NCBI GenBank assembly: GCA_963704075.1
Contig: CAVPGV010000020.1
Span: 3,264-67,263 of the forward strand
Direction of reading: 5' to 3'
From: an uncultured Actinomycetota bacterium
GTDB lineage: Bacteria; Actinomycetota; Actinomycetes; S36-B12; UBA10799
Length of the DNA: 64,000 nt
A program made the translations under genes and the position numbers. Below, piece after piece: positions 1 to 11,180 of this stretch. The notes below the pieces were generated by a model. That model was given only the letters and a program-made list of their open reading frames with translations. It was not told the origin of the DNA and searched no databases. Each line of letters opens with the position of its first letter. Position 1 is the stretch's first letter.

Positions 1-72
1 CCGACCCGCCAGCACCCACCGACCCGCCAGCACCCACCGACCCGCCAGCACCCACCGACCCGCCAGCACCAC
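1..72. repeat. 18-bp coding tandem repeat CCGACCCGCCAGCACCCA, 4 copies (last one degenerate), probably continuing upstream
   Basis: Read directly: copies at 1-18, 19-36, 37-54 and 55-72. It encodes the PAPTDP linker of the FN3 protein. Confidence 0.9.
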
Positions 73-404
73 CCGCCAGGCCCACGGGTTTGACCGTGAG
101 CGAGGTCCAGTCAAGCAGCGTTCGCCTGGCCTGGACCGCGGTACCCGGAGCCGATTCCTACACCGTGCGTCGCAATGGCAGGACGATCGGCTCCACGTCG
201 ACACCCGGTTTCACGGATGTGGGCCTTCGCAGGTCCACCCGATATGCCTATACCGTCACAGCCGTCGGCCCGGGCGGTTCGAGCCGCGCCAGTCGTACCG
301 TCAGGGTGAGGACTTCGTCAGCGCGTTCACAGGCCGTAAGGCTCACGACCGCGGGTACGTTGATCGGGCTTCAGGGCCGGGCGAAGGGCTGCCGGACCGC
401 CTGA
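1..404 (+). CDS. C-terminal part of a secreted/surface protein: Pro/Thr/Asp-rich linker plus fibronectin type III domain (5-prime partial, continues upstream of the window)
   Basis: Frame 3 is open from the window edge. It reads (DPPAPT)n, then TVSEVQSSSVRLAWTAVPGADSYTVRRNG...YAYTVTAVGPGG, an FN3-like W/Y/Y pattern. Stop at 402-404. Confidence 0.7.
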   Translation, partial: DPPAPTDPPAPTDPPAPTDPPAPPARPTGLTVSEVQSSSVRLAWTAVPGADSYTVRRNGRTIGSTSTPGFTDVGLRRSTRYAYTVTAVGPGGSSRASRTVRVRTSSARSQAVRLTTAGTLIGLQGRAKGCRTA

Positions 405-539
405 TCGGAAACCCATCCACCCGATGGTTTCGTAGGACGATTCCGACCCTAGGTACTCCGACCCATCCACCACCTATTGAGCGACTGGGCCCACGACACC
501 TGCCCTTCGTGATCATCGGAGCAGGGGATACTGGGAACT

Positions 540-1651
540 GTGAGGCCTTTGGGCGCCGTCCTGCTGGCGCTGGCAGTGCTCACCGGGTGTTCCGGTGGTA
601 CGTCGCTGCAGCCCTGGGCGCCCGGTGATCCGGTCGTCAGTGCCCCCACTCGACAACCACCGATCGTGGGAGTGACGTACCACCCGACCTGGTCCGAGAT
701 GACGGACGCCCGACGCGCGCACGTCCTCGACCAATTGGTCCAGGCGGGTGTCACCTGGCTGAGGGTCGATGTCTCCTGGAAGGAGTTCCAGCCCGACAGT
801 TCGGCGGATTTTGATGACGACGCGATCGCCGCGTTCGACAAGAGGCTGGCAGAGATCGGCAGTCGCGGTTTCAAGATCCTGCTCATGTTCTACTGGGCAC
901 CTGTCTGGGCCAGTGGCTCCGAGGCGATGAATGGAAGACCGTCGGCCCCCGCGTTCGCGCAGGCCACTGGCTGGCTGGTGGACAGGTGGGGCGAGCAACT
1001 CTCAGCTCTGGAGGTCTGGAACGAACCGGACACTGAGCGGTTCTGGGATCCGCGACCCGAGCGAACGCGGGTGACTGACTTCACCGACATGGTGATCCAG
1101 GCGTCGCGGGCGGCGAAGTCCGTCCGGCCCGACTTGCCGGTGATAGTCGGCGGTACCAGCAGGATCGACACGCAGTGGTGGGCGCAGGTTCTGTCGTCGC
1201 CGGACTTGGCGGCCAGCGTCGACGCCATCGCCGTCCACCCCTACACGGTGCCGTCGGATCTGAGCCCGCGTGCACCGGACACCGGCAAGCCCTGGCGCGT
1301 CAAATACCTGCGGTCACTGGTGGAACTGCTCGACCGAGCAGAACCTGTCCACCATGCCGATATGGATCACGGAATTCGGCTGGTCCACCGGCCAGACCTC
1401 GCAACCGGCCGCGTACGAGCGTGCCGTGAGCGAGTCTCAGCAGGCAACGTACCTGACGCAGGCTCTGGAGGAGTTCGCCCGCTTTCCCCAGGTGCGGGCG
1501 GCCTTCTGGTACACCGACGTGGACCATCAGACACCTGACCTTCACCAGAACGGATTCGGCCTGATGAGGACGGACGGATCCCGCAAGCCCTCGTACTACT
1601 CGATGAAATGCGCAGCCTCGGGCGTCTGCGGGCCCAAAGCGCGGCTCCTAG
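540..1651 (+). pseudogene. Glycoside hydrolase lipoprotein (TIM-barrel, GH5/GH39-like), frameshifted near 1335; 3-prime end uncertain
   Basis: GTG start, then lipoprotein signal VRPLGAVLLALAVLTGC. ALEVWNEPD (acid/base-like motif) is in frame 0; PIWITEFGWS (nucleophile-like motif) and SRKPSYYSMK are in frame +1. The second frame then runs with no stop to 2193, antisense to ribF, so the true stop is unclear. Confidence 0.6.
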
Positions 1652-1752
1652 CTCAGCATCCGGGCTGCGCTCGCCTGAACGGCAGCGTGGAGTCGAACTG
1701 GGATCGGGAGTCGAAAGGACGGCCGTACGACTCCCCGATGCGAGGGGACCCG

Positions 1753-2632
1753 TCAGTTCACGCCATGATCCGGCGCGTGCGATTCAACGTCAGCATTCAT
1801 CTGGGCCACCAACTGCTCGACCCCGTCGAAGGCCAGCGTGTCCCGCAGGCGCTGGGTGAAGCCGACCCGGAGGCGCTGGCCGTACAGATCCCCGTCGAAG
1901 TCGAGCAGGTACGCCTCGACGGTCCGCCGCGCGCCGTCGAAAGTGGGGTTCGTGCCGACGCTGATGGCGGCGATGTGCGAACGATCGCCGACCGCGGCCG
2001 TGCCGGCGTAGACCCCGTCCGCGGGTACGGCGGCCAGTCGGTGATGTGCGATGTTCGCGGTGGGGAACCCGAGGTCCCGTCCGCGCTTCTGACCGGCTTC
2101 CACGACACCTTCCACCTCGGGGCTGCGGCCCAGCATGCCCGCGGCCAGCGCGACGTCGCCGACGGCCACCGCCGACCGGATGCGGGTGGATGACATCGGC
2201 TGCTGGTCGCCCACCAGGGAGTATTCGTCGACGCTCAGGCCACCGGACCGCAGAGTGTCCGCCGAGCCCGCGGCCTTGTGGCCGAAGCGGAAGCCGTGTC
2301 CGATGACGACGTGCTCGGCCTTCAACCGCTTGCTGCAACACGTTCTCCACGAACTGGTCAGCACTCATCGCGGCCATGTGCGCATCGAACGCCAACACTT
2401 CCACGTGGTCGATACCCAGTGCTCGGATCAGGTCCACCCGACGGTCGATCTCACACAGTCTGGTGGGAGCGACGTCCGGGCGCAGGACTTCCAGGGGGTT
2501 CGGGTCGAACGTGACTGCAATGGAGCGCAGACCGTTGGCGCGAGCGATCTCCACGCAGTGTCCGATCAGCGCCTGGTGGCCGAGATGGACACCGTCGAAG
2601 ACACCGATCGTCACCACTGAATGCGTGTCCAC
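1753..2632 (-). pseudogene. ribF: Bifunctional riboflavin kinase / FAD synthetase RibF, frameshifted near 2330
   Basis: The N-terminal ORF (1790..2632) gives VVTIGVFDGVHLGHQALI...FVENVLQQ. The C-terminal ORF (1753..2364) continues RLKAEHVVIGHGFRFG...GFPTANI...VEAYLLDFDGDLYG. Confidence 0.85.
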
Positions 2633-2636
2633 GCAA

Positions 2637-3531
2637 CTACCTTGTCAGAGACCCATGGTCGGTCGGCGAGGGCGTGGGGGCGTTGACCTCGATGCGAGTT
2701 CGTCCACCATCGATGCTGACCACCGACACCCAGTTGCCATCCGCGTCCATCACCACATAGGTGCCATCGGGTTCGTCGAGCGAGAGCTTGCGCCCGTTTC
2801 GCAGCGCTGAGGCCACGTCGTCGTCAACCGTCACCGTGGGCATCAGCCTGGACACGACTGTCTCGATTGGCACTACCGGCGGCGGCTCCTCGCCCAACTC
2901 CGCGCACTCCCCCACCCCGATCGGGCCGATCGCGGTCCGTCGAAGAGCGATGAGGTGTCCTGCGCTTCCCACGGCCGCACCCAGGTCCCGGGCCAGCGCA
3001 CGGATGTATGTACCGGAACTGCAGTCCACGACGACGTCGATGTCCACCGCACGGTCCTCGATACGAGGCGACCCGAGCATCTCGAAGCGGTGAGACGCTG
3101 ACCGGCCGGGGCTGTAGTTCGACCTCCTCCCCCGCACGCACCCGAGCGTACGAGCGCACGCCGTCGACTTTGATCGCGGAGACCGCACTGGGCACCTGCT
3201 GGATGTCTCCGGTCAGTGCGGTGATCGCTGTGGACAGTCCTGCCGGATCCCATTCCCACCCGGGGGTCGCCACGACCTCACCTTCGGCGTCATCGGTCAG
3301 CGTGCCGACACCGAGCTGGATGGTGGCCTCGTACGTCTTGGGCTGGCCTTGCACGAAACGCAGAAGCCGGGTGGCGTGGCCTAGACCGACCACGAGCACA
3401 CCGGTGGCCATCGGATCCAGCGTTCCGGCGTGACCGACGCGGCGCTGGCCGTAGAGCCGCCGCAGCCGGCCGACCACATCGTGGCTGGTCCAGCCCTGCG
3501 GCTTGTCGATCAGCGCGAAACCGGAGATCAC
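2637..3531 (-). pseudogene. truB: tRNA pseudouridine(55) synthase TruB, frameshifted near 3095
   Basis: GTG at 3531 gives VISGFALIDKPQGWTSHDVV...GHAGTLDPMATGVL. After ...ELQPRPVSV the frame switches to HRFEML...VDCSSGTYIRALARDLG (ORF 2637..3188). Confidence 0.85.
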
Positions 3532-3668
3532 GGCCGCGGAGCCCTGGCAAGCGATCGAGTGTTGCGCTGTTGCGTCACCGTGAGCGCCCAGTGTTGCGCG
3601 GTTGCTGGATTCGACCCTCTCGAACCAGCAACGGTGCAACAGTCGAGCCCGAAGAAGGCGAACGGCTC

Positions 3669-4637
3669 TCACGCCAGGGCCAGCAGGAAGGAGGCCAGCG
3701 TCGCATCCGCATCGTGGGACCCGGTGAAACCCGCCGCCATCCGGTGACCGCCGCCTCCCAAGGCAGTGCATACCGCTGCGACGTCCACCGCCCCGTTCGA
3801 CCGCGTCGAAACGCGCCACACCCCGGTGTCGTCCTGTTTGAACACGACCGCGACATCCGCTTCGTCGACCGTGCGGACGACGTCGATCAGCGACTCGACC
3901 GCGGTGAAAGCCACCCCGTGTCGCTCACGTTCGGCGATACCGATCCGGGCCACAGCCACCCACAATCCGCCGACCTCCACCAGTTCCAGCGAATTGACGG
4001 CCTCGGCCTGCAGCGCGAGGAATCCGATCGACTTGGTGTCGAACATGATCCGGGCGATACCGGCGAAGTCGATGCCGATCTCCATCAGCCTGGCGCCCAC
4101 CCGCAGGGTGTGCGGGCGTGGTGGCGGCGTAGCGGAAGGAACCGGTGTCGGAACTGATCGCGGCATACAGGCACGCGGCAATGTCCGGGGTGAGGTCGAC
4201 CCCGAGCGCGTCGATCAGTTCGAGGGCGAGCATGCCGGTGGCCGGCACGTCCGGCGTCGACCACGTTGATCCCGGCAAAGGGAACGAAACTGGCGTGATG
4301 ATCCACCGCGATGAATGTCTGCGCCGCCTGGCCGACCGGCAGCAATCGCCCGATCCGATCCCCCGAGGAGGCATCCATCGAGATGACCACGTCCGGTGCG
4401 GTCACCGATTCGGGAGCGACCACGAGGTCCTGACCGGGCAGGAAGCAGTAATCCGGCAGGAACCTCGAAGGGCTCGTCGGGGAACGTCACCTGGACATCG
4501 CGGCCGAGACTGCGCAGGGCCATGCCGGTCGCCAGCGCGGAGCCGAGCGCGTCCGCATCCGGATTGACGTGGCCCACCAGCAGGACACGGCGGGCCTCGG
4601 ACAGGGCGGCCAGTACCGGCGCCCAGCGGTGACTCAT
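3669..4637 (-). pseudogene. nrnA: DHH/DHHA1 phosphoesterase (NrnA/CnpB-like nanoRNase), three frameshifts near 4437, 4255 and 4115
   Basis: Four consecutive ORF pieces in three frames carry family-typical sequence: LLVGHVNPDADALGS; ISMDASSGDRIG...AVDHHAS; ACLYAAISSDTGSFRY; GGGGHRMAAGF. Confidence 0.8.
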
Positions 4638-5086
4638 GAGGAGGGCTCGTCCCCGGCGGATTCATCGGACTCGTCGTCGGACTTGTACGGATCCGGATCA
4701 CCGGCGAACGTCGCGCCGGAAGCCATCCCGGCCAATTCCGCGTCGCGCTCGCGGGCCTCCCGCAGCAGGTCCTCGATATGGGCGGCGTTCTCCGGCACCG
4801 CGTCGGCGACGAAAGCCAGGGTGGGCGTGAACTTGATCCCGGTCTGCTTGCCGACTTCGCTGCGGATCACACCCGTCGCGGAGGCCAGTGCGGCGGCGCT
4901 CGCCTCCCGCTCCAGCGGGTCCCCGAGCACGGTGTAGAACACGGTGGCCTCGCGCAGATCGCCGGTCACGCGCACACCGGTGACCGTCACGAACCCGAGC
5001 CGCGGGTCCTTGATGCGACGTTCCAGCATCTCGGCCACGATCACCTGGATGCGCTCGGCGAGGCGTCGGGCACGTTGTTCGGACAT
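4634..5086 (-). CDS. rbfA: Ribosome-binding factor A
   Basis: 150-aa ORF: [47 protein letters not shown]. Its start overlaps the stop of the upstream DUF503 gene (TGATG). Confidence 0.93.
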   Translation of the reverse strand: MSEQRARRLAERIQVIVAEMLERRIKDPRLGFVTVTGVRVTGDLREATVFYTVLGDPLEREASAAALASATGVIRSEVGKQTGIKFTPTLAFVADAVPENAAHIEDLLREARERDAELAGMASGATFAGDPDPYKSDDESDESAGDEPSS

Positions 5087-5380
5087 CAGAACTCCTCATC
5101 GCTGACATAAGTGCGGCGGGCATCGACGAACTCGACGTGAGGTTCGGACTCCACCCACCTCTGACACGTGTCCAGGACATCGCGGCAGTGCGCCATGTCC
5201 GGCGACACCACCGCGACCCCCACCTGTGTCCTGCCCACCAGGTCCAAGTGTCCCGGCTTCGGCTGCCGTCACCCCGAACTCCCGGCGCAGGTGGGCGATC
5301 AGGGGACGGACGACCGCCCGCTTCTCCTTCAAGGAGCGGGAATGCAGCAACACGTCCACGGACATGACTCCTGCGTACAC
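5086..5380 (-). pseudogene. DUF503 family protein, frameshifted near 5248
   Basis: MYAGVMSVDVLLHSRSLKEKRAVVRPLIAHLRREFGVTAAEAG is in one frame. My manual translation of the next frame gives [52 protein letters not shown], with the stop at 5086-5088. It sits in the usual position between infB and rbfA. Confidence 0.7.
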
Positions 5381-5393
5381 GCGTGCCCGCCGC

Positions 5394-8183
5394 TCAGCGC
5401 GGCTTCTCGCGCATTTCGAAGGTCTCGATGACGTCGTCCACCTTGATGTCGTTGAAGGACCCGAGTCCGATACCGCACTCGTAGCCCTCCTTGACCTCGG
5501 TGGCGTCGTCCTTGAACCGCTTGAGCGAGTCGATCGTCAGGTTGTCCGCCACGACGACACCGTCGCGGATGACTCGTGCCTTGGAGTTGCGGCGGATGGT
5601 TCCCGACCGCACCAGGGCACCGGCGATGTTGCCGGCCTTGCTCGAGCGGAAGACCTCGCGGATCTCCGCGGAACCCAGCGCGGCTTCCTCGTAGATCGGT
5701 TTGAGCATGCCCTTGAGCGCTTGCTCGACCTCGTCGATGGCCGCGTAGATGACCGAGTGGTACCGGATGTCCACGCCCTCACGTTCGGCGAGTTCGGCCA
5801 CGCGTTCCGCGGTGCGGACGTTGAAGCCGATGATGATGGCACTGTCCACGGTGGCCAGGTTCACGTCGTTCTGCGTGATGGCACCCACCCCGCGGTGGAT
5901 GACGCGCAGGTCGACCTCGTCGCCGACGTCCAGTTTCAGCAATGCATCCTCGAGAGCCTCGACGGAACCGGACACGTCACCCTTGATGATCAGGTTCAGC
6001 GTGCCGGTCTCGCCCTTCTCCAGACCCTGCAGGATGTCCTCGAGCGTGCGCCGGCCACGACGTGCGGCCAGTTCGGCGTTACGCTCACGGGCCTGCCGGA
6101 TGTTGGCGATCTGACGGGCGATGCGGTCCTCGCTGACGACCAGGAACGTGTCGCCGGCATCGGGAACCGCGGTCAGGCCGAGCACCTGCACCGGCCGCGA
6201 CGGCAGCGCCTCGTCGACCGGGTTGCCGTTCTCGTCGAGCATGGCGCGGACACGTCCGTGCGCCTCGCCGATCACGATGCTCTCGCCATGCTTGAGCGTC
6301 CCGCGCTGCACCAGGACCGTGGCCACCGGACCGCGACCCTTGTCCAGATGCGCCTCGATGGCCACACCCTGTGCGTCCTGCTCGGGGTTGGCCCGCAGGT
6401 CCAGGGATGCGTCCGCGGTGAGCACGACGGCTTCCAGCAACTCCGGAATGCCGATCTGCGCCTTCGCCGACACGTCGACGAACATGGTGTCGCCGCCGAA
6501 CTCCTCGGCCACCAGTCCGTACTCGGTGAGCTGCCCGCGAACCTTCTGCGGGTCGGCACCTTCCTTGTCGATCTTGTTGACCGCGACCACGATGGGTACG
6601 TCCGCGGCCTGCGCGTGGTTCAGCGCCTCGATCGTCTGCGGCTTGACGCCGTCATCGGCAGCCACGACCAGCACCGCGATGTCGGTCACCTTCGCGCCAC
6701 GGGCACGCATGGCGGTGAACGCCTCGTGACCCGGTGTGTCGATGAACGTGATCGCCCGTTCGACACCGTCGAACTCGGCCTGGATCTGGTAGGCGCCGAT
6801 GTGCTGGGTGATGCCGCCTGCCTCGCGCGCCACCTGATTCGTGTGACGAATCGCGTCGAGCAGTTTCGTCTTTCCGTGGTCGACGTGGCCCATGACCGTC
6901 ACCACCGGCGGACGCTGCTCGAGGGCCTCCTCACCACCCTCGTCCTCACCGAACTCCAGGTGGAAACTCTCCAGCAGTTCGCGGTCCTCGTCCTCGGGGG
7001 ACACGACCTCGACGGCGAAGTTCAACTCCGAGCCGAGCAGCATCAACGTGTCGTCGGACAGCGACTGCGTGGCCGTGGCCATCTCGCCCAGGCTGATGAG
7101 CGCCTGGACCAAGGACCCGGGGTTCGCGTCGATCTTCTCGGCGAAGTCGGTCAGGGTGGCGCCACGTGGCAACCGGACCTTGCGACCGTCGCCGCGCGGG
7201 ATCCGCACGCCACCGATCGTCGGGGCCTCCATGTTGTCGAACTCTTGGCGCTTCGCGCGCTTGCTCTTACGGGCCCGCGACTTGCCGCCGGGACGACCGC
7301 GACCGCCGGGACCACCCGGACGTCCACCGAAACCGCCGCCGGGACCACCCGGACGACCGCCGGGACCACCCGGACCACCGCCGGGACCACCCGGACGACC
7401 ACCGGGACCACCCGGACCACCACCGGGACCACCGGGACGGCCGGTGCCGCCACCGGGACCACCAGGACGACCTGCGCCGCCGGGACCGCCAGGACGTCCA
7501 CCGAAGCCGCCGGGACCACCGGGACGACCGCCACCGGGACCGCCTGGCCTACCTCGACCACCGGGACCTCCCGGGCGGCCGGGACCGCCAGGTCGGCCTG
7601 GTGCGGGACGCGGCCGAGGAGGCATCATCCCTGGGTTGGGGCGAGGCGCACCGGGCACCCCGCCACGTGCGGCCGGCGCTGCGCCGCTGAACGGGTTGTT
7701 GCCCGGTCGGGGCGCGGGCGAACCGAATGGATTGTTGCCGGGACGCGGCGCCGGAGCCCCGAAGGGGTTGTTGCCCGGGCGTGGACCTGGTTTGGGTGCA
7801 GTCGGACGCGGGGCGGGACCCGGCGCAGGTTTGGCAGCCGGGCTCGGCGATGGGGCCGATGCGGGGGCTGGAGCCGGTGCGGACGCTGGGGCAGCTTTGG
7901 CCGCCGGAGCAGCCGGCTCTGCCGCCGGTTCGGGCGCCGGCGCGGTCTTCTTGACCGGCCGCGGGGCCGGCTTGGGCCCGGTTGTGGCCTTCTTGGCCGG
8001 CTCCGGTGCCGCTGGTTTGGCCGGGGCGGACTTCGCGGAATCCCGCAGTCGACGCACGACCGGCGCTTCGATGGTTGATGAGGCGGACTTGACGAACTCC
8101 CCCATGTCGTTGAGTTGCGAGATGAGAGTCTTACTCTCCACGCCCAACTCACGAGCGAGTTCATAGACCCGGACCTTGGCCAC
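5394..8183 (-). CDS. infB: Translation initiation factor IF-2
   Basis: Uninterrupted ORF 5394..8207. The likely start is GTG at 8183 ([14 protein letters not shown]), preceded by AGGAG. G-domain motifs [15 protein letters not shown] and NKID are present, with a long Pro/Gly/Ala-rich N-terminal region. Confidence 0.95.
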   Translation of the reverse strand: MAKVRVYELARELGVESKTLISQLNDMGEFVKSASSTIEAPVVRRLRDSAKSAPAKPAAPEPAKKATTGPKPAPRPVKKTAPAPEPAAEPAAPAAKAAPASAPAPAPASAPSPSPAAKPAPGPAPRPTAPKPGPRPGNNPFGAPAPRPGNNPFGSPAPRPGNNPFSGAAPAARGGVPGAPRPNPGMMPPRPRPAPGRPGGPGRPGGPGGRGRPGGPGGGRPGGPGGFGGRPGGPGGAGRPGGPGGGTGRPGGPGGGPGGPGGRPGGPGGGPGGPGGRPGGPGGGFGGRPGGPGGRGRPGGKSRARKSKRAKRQEFDNMEAPTIGGVRIPRGDGRKVRLPRGATLTDFAEKIDANPGSLVQALISLGEMATATQSLSDDTLMLLGSELNFAVEVVSPEDEDRELLESFHLEFGEDEGGEEALEQRPPVVTVMGHVDHGKTKLLDAIRHTNQVAREAGGITQHIGAYQIQAEFDGVERAITFIDTPGHEAFTAMRARGAKVTDIAVLVVAADDGVKPQTIEALNHAQAADVPIVVAVNKIDKEGADPQKVRGQLTEYGLVAEEFGGDTMFVDVSAKAQIGIPELLEAVVLTADASLDLRANPEQDAQGVAIEAHLDKGRGPVATVLVQRGTLKHGESIVIGEAHGRVRAMLDENGNPVDEALPSRPVQVLGLTAVPDAGDTFLVVSEDRIARQIANIRQARERNAELAARRGRRTLEDILQGLEKGETGTLNLIIKGDVSGSVEALEDALLKLDVGDEVDLRVIHRGVGAITQNDVNLATVDSAIIIGFNVRTAERVAELAEREGVDIRYHSVIYAAIDEVEQALKGMLKPIYEEAALGSAEIREVFRSSKAGNIAGALVRSGTIRRNSKARVIRDGVVVADNLTIDSLKRFKDDATEVKEGYECGIGLGSFNDIKVDDVIETFEMREKPR
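7270..7600. repeat. Coding low-complexity tandem repeats ([12 protein letters not shown] units) inside infB
   Basis: Reiterated ccgggaccacccggacgacc-type 15/30-nt units are visible on the plus strand. They translate to (G)RPGGPGG repeats in IF-2. Confidence 0.7.
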
Positions 8184-8237
8184 TTTTCTCCTGTCTGGCC
8201 CGGGCATACTGCCGGACCTAGTTGTCTGTCGGCGCTT

Positions 8238-8588
8238 TCATCGCTGACTGCTCATCGGGTTGTCATCCCGACGCTCCCAACTTTCGGTTCGGTCATTGGC
8301 GCTGCAGAAGGCCACCAGATCACGGGGATCCAGCGGTCCACCGGTGCGGAATGCCCTGCCGAACGCCTTGCGGGCGATGGCAGCCGTGACGCACTCCCGC
8401 GAGGGGTGTACGTAGGCACCGCGACCGGAGTGCTCCCGTTCAGGATCCGGTACCACCCGGCCCGTCACAAAAGCGACTCTGAGCAGATCGCGTTGATGAG
8501 CCCTGGTCCGGCACCCCACACACGTGCGTACCGGCAGTCTCGGGGAGCGTGCAGAAGCAGCTGACCTGTCGACACCCTGGATGTTCAT
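8238..8588 (-). CDS. ylxR: YlxR/DUF448 family RNA-binding protein
   Basis: The 116-aa ORF contains RTCVGCR...GRGAYVH and lies between nusA and infB, as in other bacteria. Confidence 0.85.
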   Translation of the reverse strand: MNIQGVDRSAASARSPRLPVRTCVGCRTRAHQRDLLRVAFVTGRVVPDPEREHSGRGAYVHPSRECVTAAIARKAFGRAFRTGGPLDPRDLVAFCSANDRTESWERRDDNPMSSQR

Positions 8589-8781
8589 CGCGGCGATCCT
8601 TACTCAGTCTAGCGTGCGGGGTCAACCACCCGACAGCACGTTGGCCGTAGTTGGACTCCGGGGTCCGGCGGGCGGCTCCAGGACACGGGCACCTGGGCCA
8701 AATGGCCCACTCGCGGCGTTCGCGCCCGTTGCGTGGGCGGCACAACGCAGGAAGCGGGCCAAAACGGCTGCTCCGGAAGCC

Positions 8782-9750
8782 CTAGCCCTCGGTGTCGGGA
8801 TGAATGTCGAGGCGCCAACCGGTCAAACGTGCGGCCAGGCGGGCGTTCTGGCCTTCCTTGCCGATGGCCAGCGACAACTGGTAGTCGGGCACGATCACCC
8901 TCGCGGAGCGTGCGGCCTCGTCGACGATCTGCACGGCCTGTACCCGCGCCGGCGACAGTGCGGCAGCGATGAACCCTGCCGGATCCTCGTCCCAGTCGAC
9001 GATGTCGATCTTCTCTCCCTGCAGTTCGGAGGTCACAGCGCGAACCCGCTGACCCATCGGACCGATACACGCGCCCTTCGCGTTCACCTGCGGCGCCATC
9101 GCCCGCACGGCGATCTTCGTGCGGTAACCGGCCTCGCGCGCCAGCCCGGCAATCTCCACAACGCCCTCCGCGACCTCCGGAGACTCCATCGCGAACAGGC
9201 GCCGGACCAGGTCCGGGTGAGTGCGGGACAGGGTGACCGCCGACCCCTTGGCCGCGCGCCGGACCGTGACGACGTAACAACGGATCCGCTCGCCGTGCTG
9301 GTAGGACTCGGTCGGGACCTGCTCCGACGGGGGGATGATCCCTTCCACGGAACCCAGGTTGACGTAGACGAGTCGCGGATCGCTTCCCTGCTGGATGACA
9401 CCTGACACGAGGTCGCCCTCACGCGCCGAGAACTCCTCGAAGGTCACGTCGTCGGAGGCTTCGCGCAGGCGCTGCATGAGCACCTGCTTCGCGACGGTCG
9501 CGGCGATCCGCCCGAAGTCCGCGGGAGTGTCGTCGTACTCACCTACCGCTTGGCCCTGGTCGTCCACTTCAGCCGCCCAGACCGTCACGTGCCCGGTCTT
9601 GCGGTCGAGCTCGACGCGCGCCTGCTGCTGGTGGCCTTCCGTGTGGTGATAGGCGGCCAGCAGCGCCTGCTCGATGCTGCCCACGACGGTCTGCAGGCTG
9701 AGGCCCTTGTCGACCACGACCGCCTTGAGCGTCGCCATGTCGATATCCAT
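8782..9750 (-). CDS. nusA: Transcription termination/antitermination factor NusA
   Basis: 322-aa ORF with S1- and KH-domain-type sequence ([10 protein letters not shown]..., [48 protein letters not shown]). Confidence 0.95.
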   Translation of the reverse strand: MDIDMATLKAVVVDKGLSLQTVVGSIEQALLAAYHHTEGHQQQARVELDRKTGHVTVWAAEVDDQGQAVGEYDDTPADFGRIAATVAKQVLMQRLREASDDVTFEEFSAREGDLVSGVIQQGSDPRLVYVNLGSVEGIIPPSEQVPTESYQHGERIRCYVVTVRRAAKGSAVTLSRTHPDLVRRLFAMESPEVAEGVVEIAGLAREAGYRTKIAVRAMAPQVNAKGACIGPMGQRVRAVTSELQGEKIDIVDWDEDPAGFIAAALSPARVQAVQIVDEAARSARVIVPDYQLSLAIGKEGQNARLAARLTGWRLDIHPDTEG

Positions 9751-10214
9751 CAGCCAGTCTCCTTAGGGAACTCGACCTGCACTACGGCCTTGTCGATGTC
9801 GGCCATCGCGATGCGGCGCGTGGCACCTGATACTTCGATGTCGACATGTGCGTCGTCACTGTCCAGGATCCGGCCCTCGACCGTGGTGCCGTCCGCCATC
9901 TGCACTCTAACCAGTCGGGTGGCGGCCCGGCGCCAATGCCGCGGAAGGGTGAGCGGCCGGTGCACTCCCGGCGAGGTGACTTCGAGGGTGTAGGGGGCGT
10001 CGCCCATCACCTCGGCCTCGTCGAGGGCCTCGGAAATGTCGCGAGAGTAGTCGGCGACATCGTCCAGCGTGATTCCGCCGTCGGAATCCAACGCGACGAC
10101 CACTACCGTGCGACGTCCCGCCCGGCGAAAGGTCACGTACTCGACGTCCGCCCCTTTGGGCGAAACGATCGGGGCGACCAGTTCCGCCACTTGCGTTTCC
10201 CGTACGTCCGCCAT
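9750..10214 (-). CDS. rimP: Ribosome maturation factor RimP
   Basis: 154-aa ORF immediately upstream of nusA, with a 1-nt stop/start overlap. Contains [14 protein letters not shown], a typical RimP motif. Confidence 0.9.
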   Translation of the reverse strand: MADVRETQVAELVAPIVSPKGADVEYVTFRRAGRRTVVVVALDSDGGITLDDVADYSRDISEALDEAEVMGDAPYTLEVTSPGVHRPLTLPRHWRRAATRLVRVQMADGTTVEGRILDSDDAHVDIEVSGATRRIAMADIDKAVVQVEFPKETG

Positions 10215-10265
10215 GTTCAGCCTCCCTGCCGACCTCCCAGATTACGCGCGCGTAGTCTGCGGTTC

Positions 10266-10707
10266 ATGATCGACCGGCGACGGGTGCTTCAACTGGGGGC
10301 GATGGCAGCACTCACGACCACGGTGCTGCCCGCATGCGGTACCGACGAGGAGGGACAACCTGCGCCGGAAGCCACCCCCGGCCCCCAGCAGTCCGACGAA
10401 CTGGCCCTGATCGCCGCTTACGACGCGGCGCTGGCATCAGCCGGTCCCCGCGCCACGATCGTGTACCAACGCCTGCGCGACGAGCACGTGGAACACCTGG
10501 CCGCGCTCGGCTGGCAGCAACCACCGCCCGCGCCAGTGGCCGACGGTGCGGACATCAGCCGCCGGGACCTTGATCCGGGCCGAACGCCGCGCAGCTCGAA
10601 CCCGCAGGAATGCCGCCGACGTATCGCCCGACGCCGAACAGGCGCAGATCCTCGCGCTGATCGCCGCGTCGGAGGCCCAACACGTGGTCGACTTGGAGGA
10701 ACTGTGA
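10266..10707 (+). pseudogene. Ferritin-like DUF4439 protein with Tat signal and lipobox, frameshifted near 10560
   Basis: MIDRRRVLQLGAMAALTTTVLPAC, then ELALIAAYDAAL...HVEHLAALG. After ...ADGADIS the sensible sequence (TLIRAERRAARTRRNAADVSPDAEQAQILALIAASEAQHVVDLEEL, stop at 10705-10707) is in the next frame. Confidence 0.6.
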
Positions 10708-11135
10708 GCTCGGGGCTGCAGGCCGCTCTGGCCGGCGAGTACGCGGCGATCTACGCCTACGGCCGCGCCGGTGGGCGCTTGACCGCCGACCAGGACACGG
10801 CACTGCTGTACTTGTCCGCCCATCGAACCTCGCGCGACACCCTGCGGCAATGGCTACTGAACGACGCCGAGCAACCTGGTCCGCCGGCCCCCGCCTACAC
10901 GCTGCCCGGACCGGTCAACAGCGACCGACAGGCGCGGCAACTGCTGGCTGCCGTCGAGTTGCGCCTGATCCCGCTCTACACCGAGCTGATCGCAGAACAG
11001 ATCGAGGACCCACAACGCCGTCGCCGGGCCGTGCGTCAGGTCCGCGAGTGCGCTCTGCGGGCGCAGTCGTGGGGGGCACCCGGGCAGGCCTTCCCCTGGC
11101 CGACGGATCTGGCTCCCCCGACGGCGCCGTCGTAG
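10704..11135 (+). CDS. DUF4439 / ferritin-like domain protein
   Basis: The GTG start at 10704 overlaps the upstream stop (GTGA). Sequence: VSSGLQAALAGEYAAIYAYGRAGGRL...AHRTSRDTLRQWL. Confidence 0.6.
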   Translation: MSSGLQAALAGEYAAIYAYGRAGGRLTADQDTALLYLSAHRTSRDTLRQWLLNDAEQPGPPAPAYTLPGPVNSDRQARQLLAAVELRLIPLYTELIAEQIEDPQRRRRAVRQVRECALRAQSWGAPGQAFPWPTDLAPPTAPS

Positions 11136-11180
11136 GACCTTCCTTTTGACAGAAGCCCCGGCTTTGTCAAGGGTGGGAGT

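Noticed and set aside
5226-8078. 950-aa ORF on the plus strand, and the overlapping 424-aa Pro/Gly-rich ORF at 6892..8166
   Set aside because: Both are entirely antisense to the well-supported infB gene. The sequence is low-complexity Arg/Gly/Thr/Pro-rich with no recognisable domain. This is the typical stop-free shadow frame of high-GC DNA.
9846-11135. A single 429-aa plus-strand ORF
   Set aside because: Its first 140 codons are antisense to rimP. The rest is better explained as two adjacent DUF4439/ferritin-like genes (10266..10707, frameshifted, and 10704..11135) that happen to share an open frame.
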